Virus record (IMG/VR): IMGVR_UViG_3300028840_001168
Location: 1 to 64,000 of that record
Source: a virus
Taxonomy: Duplodnaviria; Heunggongvirae; Uroviricota; Caudoviricetes
Length of the DNA stretch: 64,000 nt
Direction: 5' to 3' (one strand)
Shown here piece by piece: positions 35,601 to 43,820 of the stretch (position 1 is the first letter of the stretch; each line of letters begins with the position of its first letter). The notes under the pieces were generated by a model that made no database searches, was not told the origin of the DNA, and was given only the letters and a program-made list of their open reading frames with translations. The position numbers and the translations under genes were made by a program.

Positions 35601-36038
35601 CAGAGCTTGACCGGACAGGGTCGCCACTTCCGCGATCGCCAGCCCAAATTCCCTAGCGGCCTCGGTCGCTTCACCGAACAGTTGAACGATGTTCCCCATA
35701 GTCCTGGAGATCAACTGCGTAGCGACGATACGTATGGCGATCCCCCACGCATTGGCGACGGCTTTCCCAGCCTTGGCCCCTGCTACGCCAGCCGCAGTCT
35801 GCTGCTTGGCGGCGGTGCTCGCGGCCTTACCCATACCCAAGTACGAAGCCGTGGCTTTGTCTACAGCCTGGGTTCCCGCTGCCATTTGAGCAGTGAATGA
35901 ACCACTGCCAGCCCTCTGAGCCTGAGCTGCAAAGGTAGTGAGGGCAGCTCCGGTCGTCTTGAGCGAAGTGGCAAGCTGGGCAAGTTGGGCGATCGCACCA
36001 GAGGCGTCAAACCCAAGTTTCTGATTGAGGTCCGCCAT
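32622..36038 (-). CDS. tail tape measure protein (1138 aa)
   Basis: Very long Ala/Gln/Glu-rich coiled-coil composition. Canonical position after the tail tube and chaperones. C-terminal FHGGRIDYLASGG...PGEFVVN block. Confidence 0.75.
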   Translation of the reverse strand: MADLNQKLGFDASGAIAQLAQLATSLKTTGAALTTFAAQAQRAGSGSFTAQMAAGTQAVDKATASYLGMGKAASTAAKQQTAAGVAGAKAGKAVANAWGIAIRIVATQLISRTMGNIVQLFGEATEAAREFGLAIAEVATLSGQALGSQAELSTQVLRLSDAFGQAATDVAEGLYQTLSNQVVDASESFRFLTQAMKLARATASETRDAVNALSSVINSYNLSAGDASRISDQLFKTVELGRLRLEEIGNVMGRVTPLTAKLGISFEEVAGAIAVQTRQGVQANTALTQLRAVVQKLIKPTDKLKDVFRKWGVEDGPTAIKTFGGLQGVLKKLALEVDNNDAEMAQFFNRVRAISAQMGLMTDNGEELRKTIEEIGEATGATNKAFSEFVGAPAFELTKAQNEYNNALIKTGEALTGVATTWNKLKTNFLTGVRVLTDGFDNEFAVSIEKIAAINEATNKAIQEGHKENTKSLTDELNKQVEGTRQALAQVNQAWNAAVDDALGQSKRLKASIGEAFKGLNEDFRNSFAGLSDFVKNAADQIKGARAQAKGLRQELEQRQFDRGLEGLSAERQFSQLFNRAAENFAKARKQLDQATTKEQKELADELFKAGRAEAERANKLAESNNLTRQMRSVNTLIDESLKFQADSLERYAARAESYYDIATKAEQKLTEIAAEREEIGKRLVSLYSDLERALDPAAQTELLNEINKAVEELDSLDVTADAGKFMDSLNIPNAAAEVGKQVDEALDQVSIDWTATIEDLQNRLAQVKVDLRAQVPGGQAAIDSAEAQLGRPQKALEGDAAFINQALKETIELRQQAQNAAQALGDAEIQQAANTQKAAIALEQLNRTASPGIFGVAGGPLEAQTLPALRDLAAGYQEINALIQAGQPLDQQKLEALRQQAEKFFSLEHASTQAKAALSQMEAAVRDYVSAANLIQEQQTLMDQAALNANNTLLQDIAQNTRSTSEAMSQVSQATQQSAQSAGQFNSAMQSSAGVTGTLVSGWNQVAAATQRAAQAAVQAIQAIAQARAAAASATAFHGGRIDYLASGGQTQGQDTINAMLAPGEFVVNSKATKSFFSELNAMNNGGQPVFREQGGEVTNVGDINITVQGGDTSQQTVREIGNALRRDIRRGVVKLN

Positions 36039-36553
36039 TATATCTTAGTCCCTTTTAGGAATCTCGCACTAAGTGGGTTCGGCAGCCTTACAGTCTTTGC
36101 AAAGGCTTGCCAGGCTTTCAGCCCTCTCTCTTGGAAGTGATAGGGCGTTCGGGTACGCAGTCGACCGTAAGGCTGAGGCGGCGGCCCCGGGACTGCTTTG
36201 TTGAATTCGTTGTAGGCCAGGTAACGGAGATTGGACGAGTATACGAAACCGTAGAAATGCTCACGGGTGTCAATGACCACCCCGCTGGCCGTACTTGAGG
36301 CACGGCCGAGCGGGACTCTGTCTTTCTTACTACGACGCGGTCCGATAGGCACCGACGTGTCCAGCTCTTCAGCCAACTTCTGAAACGTGGCTCTAGAGGC
36401 TCCCGACCACGTTGGGATCGGGATCTGCTCTACGGCCGCGTGAAGCCAAGCCTGACCAGCCTTCTTATTGGCCTCAGACAGGTGTGCGGCCAAGGCTCGC
36501 TCGTAAGCGGCCAGGTCAAGTTTCGGTATCGTGAAGTTGGTTATGAACTTCAT
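36038..36553 (-). CDS. hypothetical protein between the chaperone and the tape measure (171 aa)
   Basis: ORF-track ORF with ATGA overlaps on both sides. Confidence 0.5.
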   Translation of the reverse strand: MKFITNFTIPKLDLAAYERALAAHLSEANKKAGQAWLHAAVEQIPIPTWSGASRATFQKLAEELDTSVPIGPRRSKKDRVPLGRASSTASGVVIDTREHFYGFVYSSNLRYLAYNEFNKAVPGPPPQPYGRLRTRTPYHFQERGLKAWQAFAKTVRLPNPLSARFLKGTKI

Positions 36554-36792
36554 AGCTTTGGTACGCCGGCTTTCGCAAATGCCTTAATCTCTTCCAACCT
36601 CTCATGTTCCTTGGTCTGATGGTAGGCAACAATCAAGGCTTGCGTCATCACGTCACAATCTTCCCAAGCTTCCTTGCACCCGGGAGGCCGGACTCCGACA
36701 GCGACACAGGCATCCCAGATCGCGTAGTCAGCAGTCCGGTACCTGGGCCACAGAATCTTCCGTGCTACTGAGCCCGACCACGTAGAAAAACC
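36550..36792 (-). CDS. -1 frame extension downstream of the chaperone gene, a putative G/GT-type frameshift product
   Basis: An 80-codon ORF with no start codon opens exactly after an in-frame TGA and overlaps the last 27 nt of 36765-37217. The overlap contains T-TTT-CTA, a slippery run plus a rare Leu codon. It ends in ATGA with the next gene. Confidence 0.35.
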   Translation of the reverse strand, partial: GFSTWSGSVARKILWPRYRTADYAIWDACVAVGVRPPGCKEAWEDCDVMTQALIVAYHQTKEHERLEEIKAFAKAGVPKL

Positions 36793-37217
36793 TCACGAGC
36801 TGCCGTGATCTTTTCCTCGTCCAGGGAGTTAGCCGAGAGTACGCACCGGATGATGCGACCGCATTCGACATCCGTCAACCCAGCTTCCTTGAGTTCCTCA
36901 GCCCAGAGCTTCCAGGTACTGGGGTTGTCAAGCTTTACCCCGTCCCATTCGATCTCACTGGGCTCAAGGGAGTTGATGACCAGGAAGTGCATTCGCTGCT
37001 CATTGTGGTGGGCCAACAGGCCAATGTAACCCTCGTCAGTCGTGTCAGGGCGGAAGCCGTCCTTTGTCCGAATGCCAGGGGCTTCTGGGACTGGGCACAG
37101 GGCTTCAAACTCTTCCATCGAAGTGACGGCTTTGGCCCGGATAACGATGTCCTGAGTCGGGCGGGGTAGTACGAGGATCTCCTCGTTCGGGGTAACTTCT
37201 ACGTCACCGATCTTCAT
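36765..37217 (-). CDS. putative tail assembly chaperone (G-like, 150 aa)
   Basis: The call rests on position between the tube and tape-measure genes and on the downstream -1 frame extension. Confidence 0.45.
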   Translation of the reverse strand: MKIGDVEVTPNEEILVLPRPTQDIVIRAKAVTSMEEFEALCPVPEAPGIRTKDGFRPDTTDEGYIGLLAHHNEQRMHFLVINSLEPSEIEWDGVKLDNPSTWKLWAEELKEAGLTDVECGRIIRCVLSANSLDEEKITAAREVFLRGRAQ

Positions 37218-37284
37218 GTTACTTCTCCTAGAGTGAGGCGCTAAAAGGTGGGGTGGGGAGGGTTACTCCCCACCCCCAGTGAGA

Positions 37285-38037
37285 CTACGCACATTCGGGA
37301 TCGGTCGACCGGGTAGCGGTCGCGTCCGACACGTTGCAACGACCAGAGACTGCGATTGTCGCAGCTTGGTAATCATAGTCCAGGCTTTCCCAACGGAAGT
37401 CCTGGAGGAGAACGTCTTCGTCCTCGTCCGTGCCACAAGGCACGCAGTGCTTCGCACGGATGTCAATCGCGTACGGCTCGCACTGGTCAGACGAGCTGGA
37501 GATCCAGTCAGAGGCTTCGCCAGTTTGCTTGATCGCATCGACCGGAGTGATGTCGCCACCACTGGTAGACTTGATGTACTCGTAGACGAATTCGAGGTTG
37601 ACTTCGACCGGCTGCTCGTCGCCTTCCTTGACTGTGTCAAGGTTGCCACGATCACGAAGGTACTCATATTCCTTCGCTTCGGTGAACGTCAGGTTGCCTT
37701 CGCCGAGCTTCACTTCGATCCGCTGCGGAAGGAAGGTGATCACATCGTCCACGGACGGGACGGTGTTGCCAGTGGCCAGGTTCGGCGTGAACGTGATGTT
37801 GTTGACCGAGTTGGCCGTGTTGGTCTCAGCGGTGATCGTGTAGATCACGTTCGCGTTCGAGTTGATCGTGAAGCGACCACCAACCGAGACCATAGTCGTC
37901 GGCGTGTCAGTCGTGTTCACGGTATTGACGTTGAGGTTGTTATCGCCATCAGCGGGCACCGCCGTTGCGACAACGGCTGAGCCGCCGAAACCATCTTCTA
38001 GATAGATGGTGACGTCGCGGAGTTCGATTCGTGCCAT
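37285..38037 (-). CDS. putative major tail (tube) protein (250 aa)
   Basis: Positional argument: it is immediately upstream of the chaperone and tape measure. Thr/Asn-rich with a Cys-containing C-terminus. Confidence 0.4.
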   Translation of the reverse strand: MARIELRDVTIYLEDGFGGSAVVATAVPADGDNNLNVNTVNTTDTPTTMVSVGGRFTINSNANVIYTITAETNTANSVNNITFTPNLATGNTVPSVDDVITFLPQRIEVKLGEGNLTFTEAKEYEYLRDRGNLDTVKEGDEQPVEVNLEFVYEYIKSTSGGDITPVDAIKQTGEASDWISSSSDQCEPYAIDIRAKHCVPCGTDEDEDVLLQDFRWESLDYDYQAATIAVSGRCNVSDATATRSTDPECA

Positions 38038-38049
38038 TGCAGGCTCCTC

Positions 38050-38535
38050 TTATATAGTGGTTAGTTCCATTCCATACAAAGCGTCCACTTCAGACTGTCT
38101 GATCCGGTCTTCCTTGCTGATCTGTCCAAAGTGGTAGATTCGGACCGCTTCATTACGTTGCTTCTTGACGACCAGGCATCCTACTAAGGAGTCGTCGTCA
38201 TCCACACCCGGCCCATATTTGTAGACCGGGACAGGTGCCAACATGACGTTCATGAATTTCCCTGTCCACCTCACAATGTCATAGGCATCCGCGCCAGCGA
38301 TGTCCATCTGCTTTGTGAAGAGGAAGTTGATTCCAACATCTACTGTGTGCCAGTTCCTGCTGGTTTCCTTAATGAAAGGTCCCATCACGCGACATTCTAC
38401 GTGATCCACCCGCATCGTGGTTTCATCGCGTTCGTCGATGCCTTCCACGAAGTACGGTAACGAGAGCCCGGAGGCTGTGGTAGCAAAGTGCTTAGCGACC
38501 GATGCAAAGATCCACCGCGCTAGGTTTTCATCCAT
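38050..38535 (-). CDS. hypothetical head-tail joining or tail completion protein (161 aa)
   Basis: ORF-track ORF, called on position only. Confidence 0.45.
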   Translation of the reverse strand: MDENLARWIFASVAKHFATTASGLSLPYFVEGIDERDETTMRVDHVECRVMGPFIKETSRNWHTVDVGINFLFTKQMDIAGADAYDIVRWTGKFMNVMLAPVPVYKYGPGVDDDDSLVGCLVVKKQRNEAVRIYHFGQISKEDRIRQSEVDALYGMELTTI

Positions 38536-38548
38536 CGCTCATCTCCGG

Positions 38549-38845
38549 TTATTTAGAAATCTCGACTACGGCAACCTTACGGGTATCGAGTCGACGTTTC
38601 TCAGTTTGAAGCTCATCAGGCGTGGCACTGGGCAAAGCCCTCCCAAGCACCTTTAGGCTTGGAGCTGGCTTGTCCTTGAGTACGTCGTCGAGCGTGTCCG
38701 CCTCTACGACGGTGTAGAGATCGTCTCTGTAATGCACTTCGGCCCCGGGGCAGTCCACCACTGTGTGGAGAGTGCCATCAGCTTTGAACAGGCCGAGAAG
38801 TGCTTTGGCTTGAGTTCGCTTTGCCATCAGATTGTCACCGTCCAT
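38549..38845 (-). CDS. hypothetical protein (98 aa)
   Basis: ORF-track ORF. Confidence 0.4.
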   Translation of the reverse strand: MDGDNLMAKRTQAKALLGLFKADGTLHTVVDCPGAEVHYRDDLYTVVEADTLDDVLKDKPAPSLKVLGRALPSATPDELQTEKRRLDTRKVAVVEISK

Positions 38846-40710
38846 CCCTTGCTGATCAGATTCGCTTTGGCCGTGGCCGCCGCACCGCTACGACTGATGT
38901 CGGCCGAGCCAGGATTCCCAGAGTAGTTCAGTACGCCGTTCGATAAGCCTGCTGTGTCTGCTGCGATGATAACGGCGTCGATCGAGGCCGCGTTCAGGCT
39001 ATTGTTGTGGATGCGGATGTCGTCACAGACTACCCATGCGCTTTGCGTGGTCACACTCGTCAAGGCACAGTTGTTGGCCCAGAAGGTTTCAAGGTCCGTC
39101 CATCCCGCTTGCCCTGTCAGGGACGTTAGGCTGGCACACGAGTTCGTTTTGAAGGATATCAATGCGGTCCAGGCGTTGCTAGTAGTCAGGGTGCTGTAGT
39201 TATTGTTGTTGATCCGGATGTCTTCAACAGCGACCCACTCTGGATGAAGTGTCAAGGAGGTCAGCCCACAATTGTAGGCGTAGAAGGTCTTCAGCTTGGT
39301 CCAGGTGTTGAAGGTCACAAACGTGGTGATGATGTTGTTCGAGATGTCTAGGTACTCAAGGTCACTCCACTCACTGCGGGCGGTCACTGACGACAGCCCA
39401 CACAGACCGCAATCAATGTGCTTGATGGCCGACCACCCAGCCCATAGGGTTACGGTACCTAAGCCGGTGTTGTTCTTGCAGACGAACGTCTCCAGGTTGG
39501 ACCACCCATAGGTGGTTAAGCTGGTTAGGCTGTTGTAGCCAACATTGAGCAGCGTCAAGGCAGTCCATTCGGTGTGCGGGGTGAATGTCGATAGGCTGTT
39601 CGACTGGCAATTGAATTCCCGCAACGCGGTCCACGCAGCGTACGTAGCAACCGTGGACAGCCCACTGCCGCCCACATTCACAACTTCCAGGGCGGTCCAC
39701 TCTGGACGCAGCACTAGCGTACCAAGGCTGGAACAGGTCCAGGTCTCAATATCGGTCAGGGCCACCCACTCTGCGTGCGTGGTCAGTGATCCAATCGGGT
39801 TGGCGCTGACAATCAGCTTTTCCAACGCGGTCCATTCGGAGTGGGTGGTGAGGGTCGCTACATTGTTGTCGTTGATATCCAGCTCGGTCAGGTTGGTCCA
39901 CTCGTCGGTCGTGGTCATGGTCTCGACACCACTGTCGGCCACATTCAGGGTGAGTAGGTTGGCGGTTGCCGCGTCCCACTGCACGGAGTAGGTACCAGCA
40001 CCGCCGTACGTGTGGTCGGCGGTGTTACTTGTCACGTCGTTGCCGTCACCGAAGTCCCACGTCGTGGCTGGGCCACCAGACTTGGTGACTACGCCGTTGA
40101 ATGTCTCGCCTCCGTTGGCCGTCAACAGCGGGAAGACAGAGGTGCCGGCCGCGTTACTGTTGAGGGTCATGGCGTGGTTAGCCGACTCCTCGAAGGTCTG
40201 CACTGAGGTCACCACGTAAGTGGCCGTGTCAGCCATGTTCACGGTGCTGGAGCCAGTCTTCGGAAACGTCTTGTTTCGCTCAGCCCCTTCCAACTCCTTA
40301 CCAATGATCAACCAAGCTGTGTCCTGCTCAAACTCGTCAATCCACTTGATCTCGTAACGCTTGTCGTTGTAGACAATCCAGTCTTCATTGTTGATCGCGG
40401 TCAGGGCCGAGCAGTCGCGGCGATCAATGATGAAGGTTCGCGTCCCGGTCTCGAAGGTGCCGCCTTGGACAAACTTCTTGTTGGCCGAGATCATCGAGAT
40501 GGTCTGGATAACCTCACGCTTGATACGCACCGGAAGCACCACGGCACGGTCAATGTCGTAGGACGTCCAGGCAGCAGACTTCACGCCCGTCTCATAGTCG
40601 GTGTCAATGGCACCCAGGATATTGATCTGGATGCTACCGCCGTACTCCCGCTTCATCTGATAGATGCAGCGTCGGACGAACTTGATGAGGTTGTAGTTAG
40701 TGTGGGCCAT
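38827..40710 (-). CDS. virion-module protein with a PKD-like domain and about 12 leucine-rich-repeat-like units (627 aa)
   Basis: PKD motif TTWDFGDGNDVTSNTADHTYGGAGTYSVQWDA. About 22-aa repeats of the form xEWTxLxxLxxxxNxLxxL. The C-terminus AAATAKANLISKGWTVTI is shared with 52847-53701. Confidence 0.6.
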   Translation of the reverse strand: MAHTNYNLIKFVRRCIYQMKREYGGSIQINILGAIDTDYETGVKSAAWTSYDIDRAVVLPVRIKREVIQTISMISANKKFVQGGTFETGTRTFIIDRRDCSALTAINNEDWIVYNDKRYEIKWIDEFEQDTAWLIIGKELEGAERNKTFPKTGSSTVNMADTATYVVTSVQTFEESANHAMTLNSNAAGTSVFPLLTANGGETFNGVVTKSGGPATTWDFGDGNDVTSNTADHTYGGAGTYSVQWDAATANLLTLNVADSGVETMTTTDEWTNLTELDINDNNVATLTTHSEWTALEKLIVSANPIGSLTTHAEWVALTDIETWTCSSLGTLVLRPEWTALEVVNVGGSGLSTVATYAAWTALREFNCQSNSLSTFTPHTEWTALTLLNVGYNSLTSLTTYGWSNLETFVCKNNTGLGTVTLWAGWSAIKHIDCGLCGLSSVTARSEWSDLEYLDISNNIITTFVTFNTWTKLKTFYAYNCGLTSLTLHPEWVAVEDIRINNNNYSTLTTSNAWTALISFKTNSCASLTSLTGQAGWTDLETFWANNCALTSVTTQSAWVVCDDIRIHNNSLNAASIDAVIIAADTAGLSNGVLNYSGNPGSADISRSGAAATAKANLISKGWTVTI

Positions 40711-40939
40711 TGTGTTTCTCTAAGATTCGACCGGACCACTTCAAGAACTCGGAGTTCTGGGCCAGGGCGGCGGTTGTGTCTGTGACCAACTTGACCAACG
40801 TGTCTTGCTGGTAGGTTTCTAATCGAGTGACTCGATCTTGTAGCACGTCCTCGCGTTTCCAGTCCCGCCAGATGAAGAATAGAATAACCCCGATGATCGG
40901 GCCAAAGTCACGTAACAATGACGGGAGCATAGTTTCCAT
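40697..40939 (-). CDS. small membrane protein (80 aa)
   Basis: IIGVILFFIWRDW is a hydrophobic segment. Confidence 0.45.
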   Translation of the reverse strand: METMLPSLLRDFGPIIGVILFFIWRDWKREDVLQDRVTRLETYQQDTLVKLVTDTTAALAQNSEFLKWSGRILEKHNGPH

Positions 40940-40941
40940 CC

Positions 40942-41322
40942 TTAGGATACCCCTAGTTGCGCCCTCACGCTAGCGAGCGAGGCTTCCAATGCTGTAGTGT
41001 CCTGCCCCAGGGCGGTTGCCCGGGCAATCTTTTCAACGAGACGTGTCTCACGATACAAGGCCGCTAGGCCACGTAGGATATTGTTCCAGGCAGTGTCCAG
41101 GTTCAGGCATCGCTCCAACTCGCGGTCGAAGTCTCGGAACCGAAGGACCAACCCTTCATCGTCGGTCGGGTCCATGTTACCATCCGAGTCCACGCGATGT
41201 AGGGTGACCATCAAGCCAGCGTCGGTATACCGGATGAAGTCGATCTTCATCTTGTCGTACGTCCGCTCGGGCTCGGCCGGCAGGACGACGGGGTCTTCGG
41301 AGTTGATTTCAGGAGTGGACAT
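40942..41322 (-). CDS. hypothetical protein (126 aa)
   Basis: ORF-track ORF. Confidence 0.45.
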   Translation of the reverse strand: MSTPEINSEDPVVLPAEPERTYDKMKIDFIRYTDAGLMVTLHRVDSDGNMDPTDDEGLVLRFRDFDRELERCLNLDTAWNNILRGLAALYRETRLVEKIARATALGQDTTALEASLASVRAQLGVS

Positions 41323-41330
41323 GATTCACC

Positions 41331-42764
41331 TTATGGAAGGTTGTCTACGTGTACTAGCTCGACCTTACCGACCCAGTTGATGTTCGCATTTGCAGTCCCC
41401 TGGCACACAAAGTCCAGGGACTGGGTACTTGTGTTCACCGTGGCGGTGACCGAGTGGCTGGCGTTGTCCCGCCCCAGCAGCGTGCTAGTAGGGGTGCCTA
41501 CGAACGCGATGTTTCCGGACCCGGTTCGGCGACACAACCCAGTGATCTCATAGCCAACGCTCTCGGCCTCTGTGTCAAAGTTGAAGCCATTGATCAAGGC
41601 TCGGAATACCCAGCAAGTGTTGTTGGTCATGACCAACTTCTCGCTGCCAGCGGCCCCATCTGTGTACATTAGCTGGGTGGTAGCGTTCGAGGTGAAGCCG
41701 TGCATATGTAGGGTCAGACACTGCGAGTCACCGGTGCGAGCTATGAAATTTGCAGCATAAGCGATCTCACCGTTCCGGGACGAGACTGCACGATACCCCA
41801 TCGCTGTCCCATAGTTGCCCTCCACCACATTCCGGGAGCCACCGGGTATGGCACCCCAGGACCCGGACACCGCATTGTTACTACCGCCACCGATACTGCC
41901 GTAGGACGCGGAGACATCACAGTTATACCCACCGCAGATGGCACCGTAGTCGTTCGTCGCATCATTGAGGTACCCGCCACCAACAAAGCAGTAATCAGCG
42001 GTCGCTGTGTTGCTACGGCCACCTACAACACTGGCATATACCCCACCAGAGGTCACCGTGCAAGAAAGTCCAGCTCCGACGAATGCGTAAGCCGCCTGGG
42101 CACTGGCGTATCGACCCGCCACAGTCCCAGCTCGGGAGCCACCCACGTTGGCCTGCTGGCCGCCGCAGATCGCTCCGATAAGGGCATTGGCTGTTAAGTC
42201 ATTGTTTGAGCCACCGACGATCACGCCGCCGGTCGCCCCAGTCTCGATCAAGTGGCCAACCCCGCCGCCGATGAAGCAGGAGTCCACAGTGTTGATGTTG
42301 TTCGTGTCACCCCCGCAGATGACAGAGTAGGATGAGTCAATCAGGTCGTGGAGCCGGCCGCCGCCTATCACCGAGTAGTGGGAGTCTGTGTCGATGACAT
42401 TCTGGTCACCAGCCAAGATAACCGAAGCCTGCCCCGTACTGGTGTTGTCCTCACCCCCGACCACCATTGCTCTGATGCCGTTGGCCGTGTTACGGGCCCC
42501 GCCCAGGATCATGGAGGACGAGCCGCTGGCGACCTGGGTATCAGCGTCCCTGGTCATCTGGAGGTCGATGGCCCTCTCCCCTCGGGCGTTCCCGACGTTA
42601 CTTGTCTGGAGGGCTCCATCGGTCCCAGGCATGATGATCAGAGAGCCGGTGGCCGTGATGTAGTGGGTGACCGTGTCCAGCGGCCCAGTCAAGGAAAGGG
42701 TATCGTTAGCGGGTTGACGCTCGGGGCGGGCCCCGTTGAAGACTAGGATCTCATGGCTTGCCAT
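41331..42764 (-). CDS. beta-helix repeat protein (fibre or decoration-like, 477 aa)
   Basis: Many GG(x)N/S...IGGG repeats typical of parallel beta-helix or hexapeptide-like folds. Confidence 0.55.
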   Translation of the reverse strand: MASHEILVFNGARPERQPANDTLSLTGPLDTVTHYITATGSLIIMPGTDGALQTSNVGNARGERAIDLQMTRDADTQVASGSSSMILGGARNTANGIRAMVVGGEDNTSTGQASVILAGDQNVIDTDSHYSVIGGGRLHDLIDSSYSVICGGDTNNINTVDSCFIGGGVGHLIETGATGGVIVGGSNNDLTANALIGAICGGQQANVGGSRAGTVAGRYASAQAAYAFVGAGLSCTVTSGGVYASVVGGRSNTATADYCFVGGGYLNDATNDYGAICGGYNCDVSASYGSIGGGSNNAVSGSWGAIPGGSRNVVEGNYGTAMGYRAVSSRNGEIAYAANFIARTGDSQCLTLHMHGFTSNATTQLMYTDGAAGSEKLVMTNNTCWVFRALINGFNFDTEAESVGYEITGLCRRTGSGNIAFVGTPTSTLLGRDNASHSVTATVNTSTQSLDFVCQGTANANINWVGKVELVHVDNLP

Positions 42765-43459
42765 TACAGTGCAACCCCTTCACCGATCTCAATGTTCAGC
42801 GTAGTAGTGGTTATGGCGATCCCGATCTTTACCACGATATCGCCGTCGCCAGTCGGGGCGGTCGAGGTGATCATACCGGCCGTTGCCGCAGACAGGTAGT
42901 AGACCGCACCTGGGGTCAGTGTCGCTGCCCCAGCCGCTCCGGTCCAGTCTGACAGCTCTACGAGCCCGTAGGTTCGATAGTACACAGGAGCCGGTGTGAT
43001 CCCGCCTCCGGCCGCGACAGCCACGCCAACCGCATCAGCGGTGGCCGCAGCGTCAGCCTGTGCCGGGTCCGCGTTACCGGTGTTCTTGATGTAGAGTACC
43101 CAGCCCGCCAGGATTGGGCTGTCGGCAACACCTTCAATGATCTCTGAACCTAGATGCTGCCCACCGGAAACTGCCACGCCGCTCGACATGGCCATATTAC
43201 TGTTGACGGATACAGGTCTTTCATTACCCCAGGTAGCGGCGTCGGTCATATTCATGGTGCTTGACGCACCTTCGACGAACCACTCCGACTGCCGGAGATT
43301 CATAGTAGAAGTGACAGATAGTACGCGATCTACGACGTTCGTTGCAGACTGGGTAAGTGCCAGGCCGTTAGCAGCAGGGGCCACGCCCCCGGCTATCCCG
43401 GCCGCCTCGTCCCCGAAGGTTTTGAATGGGACGGTCTTCCAGTCTTGCAGGGCAAACAT
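42764..43459 (-). CDS. hypothetical structural protein (231 aa), Ala/Gly/Thr-rich
   Basis: ORF-track ORF. Confidence 0.5.
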   Translation of the reverse strand: MFALQDWKTVPFKTFGDEAAGIAGGVAPAANGLALTQSATNVVDRVLSVTSTMNLRQSEWFVEGASSTMNMTDAATWGNERPVSVNSNMAMSSGVAVSGGQHLGSEIIEGVADSPILAGWVLYIKNTGNADPAQADAAATADAVGVAVAAGGGITPAPVYYRTYGLVELSDWTGAAGAATLTPGAVYYLSAATAGMITSTAPTGDGDIVVKIGIAITTTTLNIEIGEGVAL

Positions 43460-43460
43460 T

Positions 43461-43757
43461 CTAGTAGTACACGGAGACGTTCAGTTCCGCGCTCGCTGCT
43501 GTTTCGATGAAGCGGATGGTCTTGAGGTCGCCGTAGTACGGCATTGGGTTCCCTACGAGTAGCAGCATCCCCTCGGCAGCGGTCGGGTCGGTCCCGTCGT
43601 CTCGCCATCGGATGTTCTGTCCTACCGCTTGGAGAAGGGCCCAACGTCCGTTCTTCGCATTGAGCCCGATCGCAGAACTCAAGCTGGTGGATTGGAAATA
43701 GCCTTGCGGCGTATTAGTGGCGTCTGTGACCAGACGTCTGGAGGATTCTTCGGCCAT
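43461..43757 (-). CDS. hypothetical protein (98 aa)
   Basis: Start at MAEESSRR, with GGAG 8 nt upstream. Confidence 0.45.
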   Translation of the reverse strand: MAEESSRRLVTDATNTPQGYFQSTSLSSAIGLNAKNGRWALLQAVGQNIRWRDDGTDPTAAEGMLLLVGNPMPYYGDLKTIRFIETAASAELNVSVYY

Positions 43758-43782
43758 TGGAGGCTCCAAAGTAAAAGCCCGC

Positions 43783-43807
43783 GTGGGGCCCCAAAGCGGG
43801 GCCCCAC
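43783..43807 (-). terminator. rho-independent terminator after the capsid gene
   Basis: GTGGGGCCCC-GCTTT-GGGGCCCCAC has a 10-bp stem and is followed by GCGGGCTTTTACTTT on the minus strand. Confidence 0.55.
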
Positions 43808-43820
43808 ACAGGTCAAAAGA

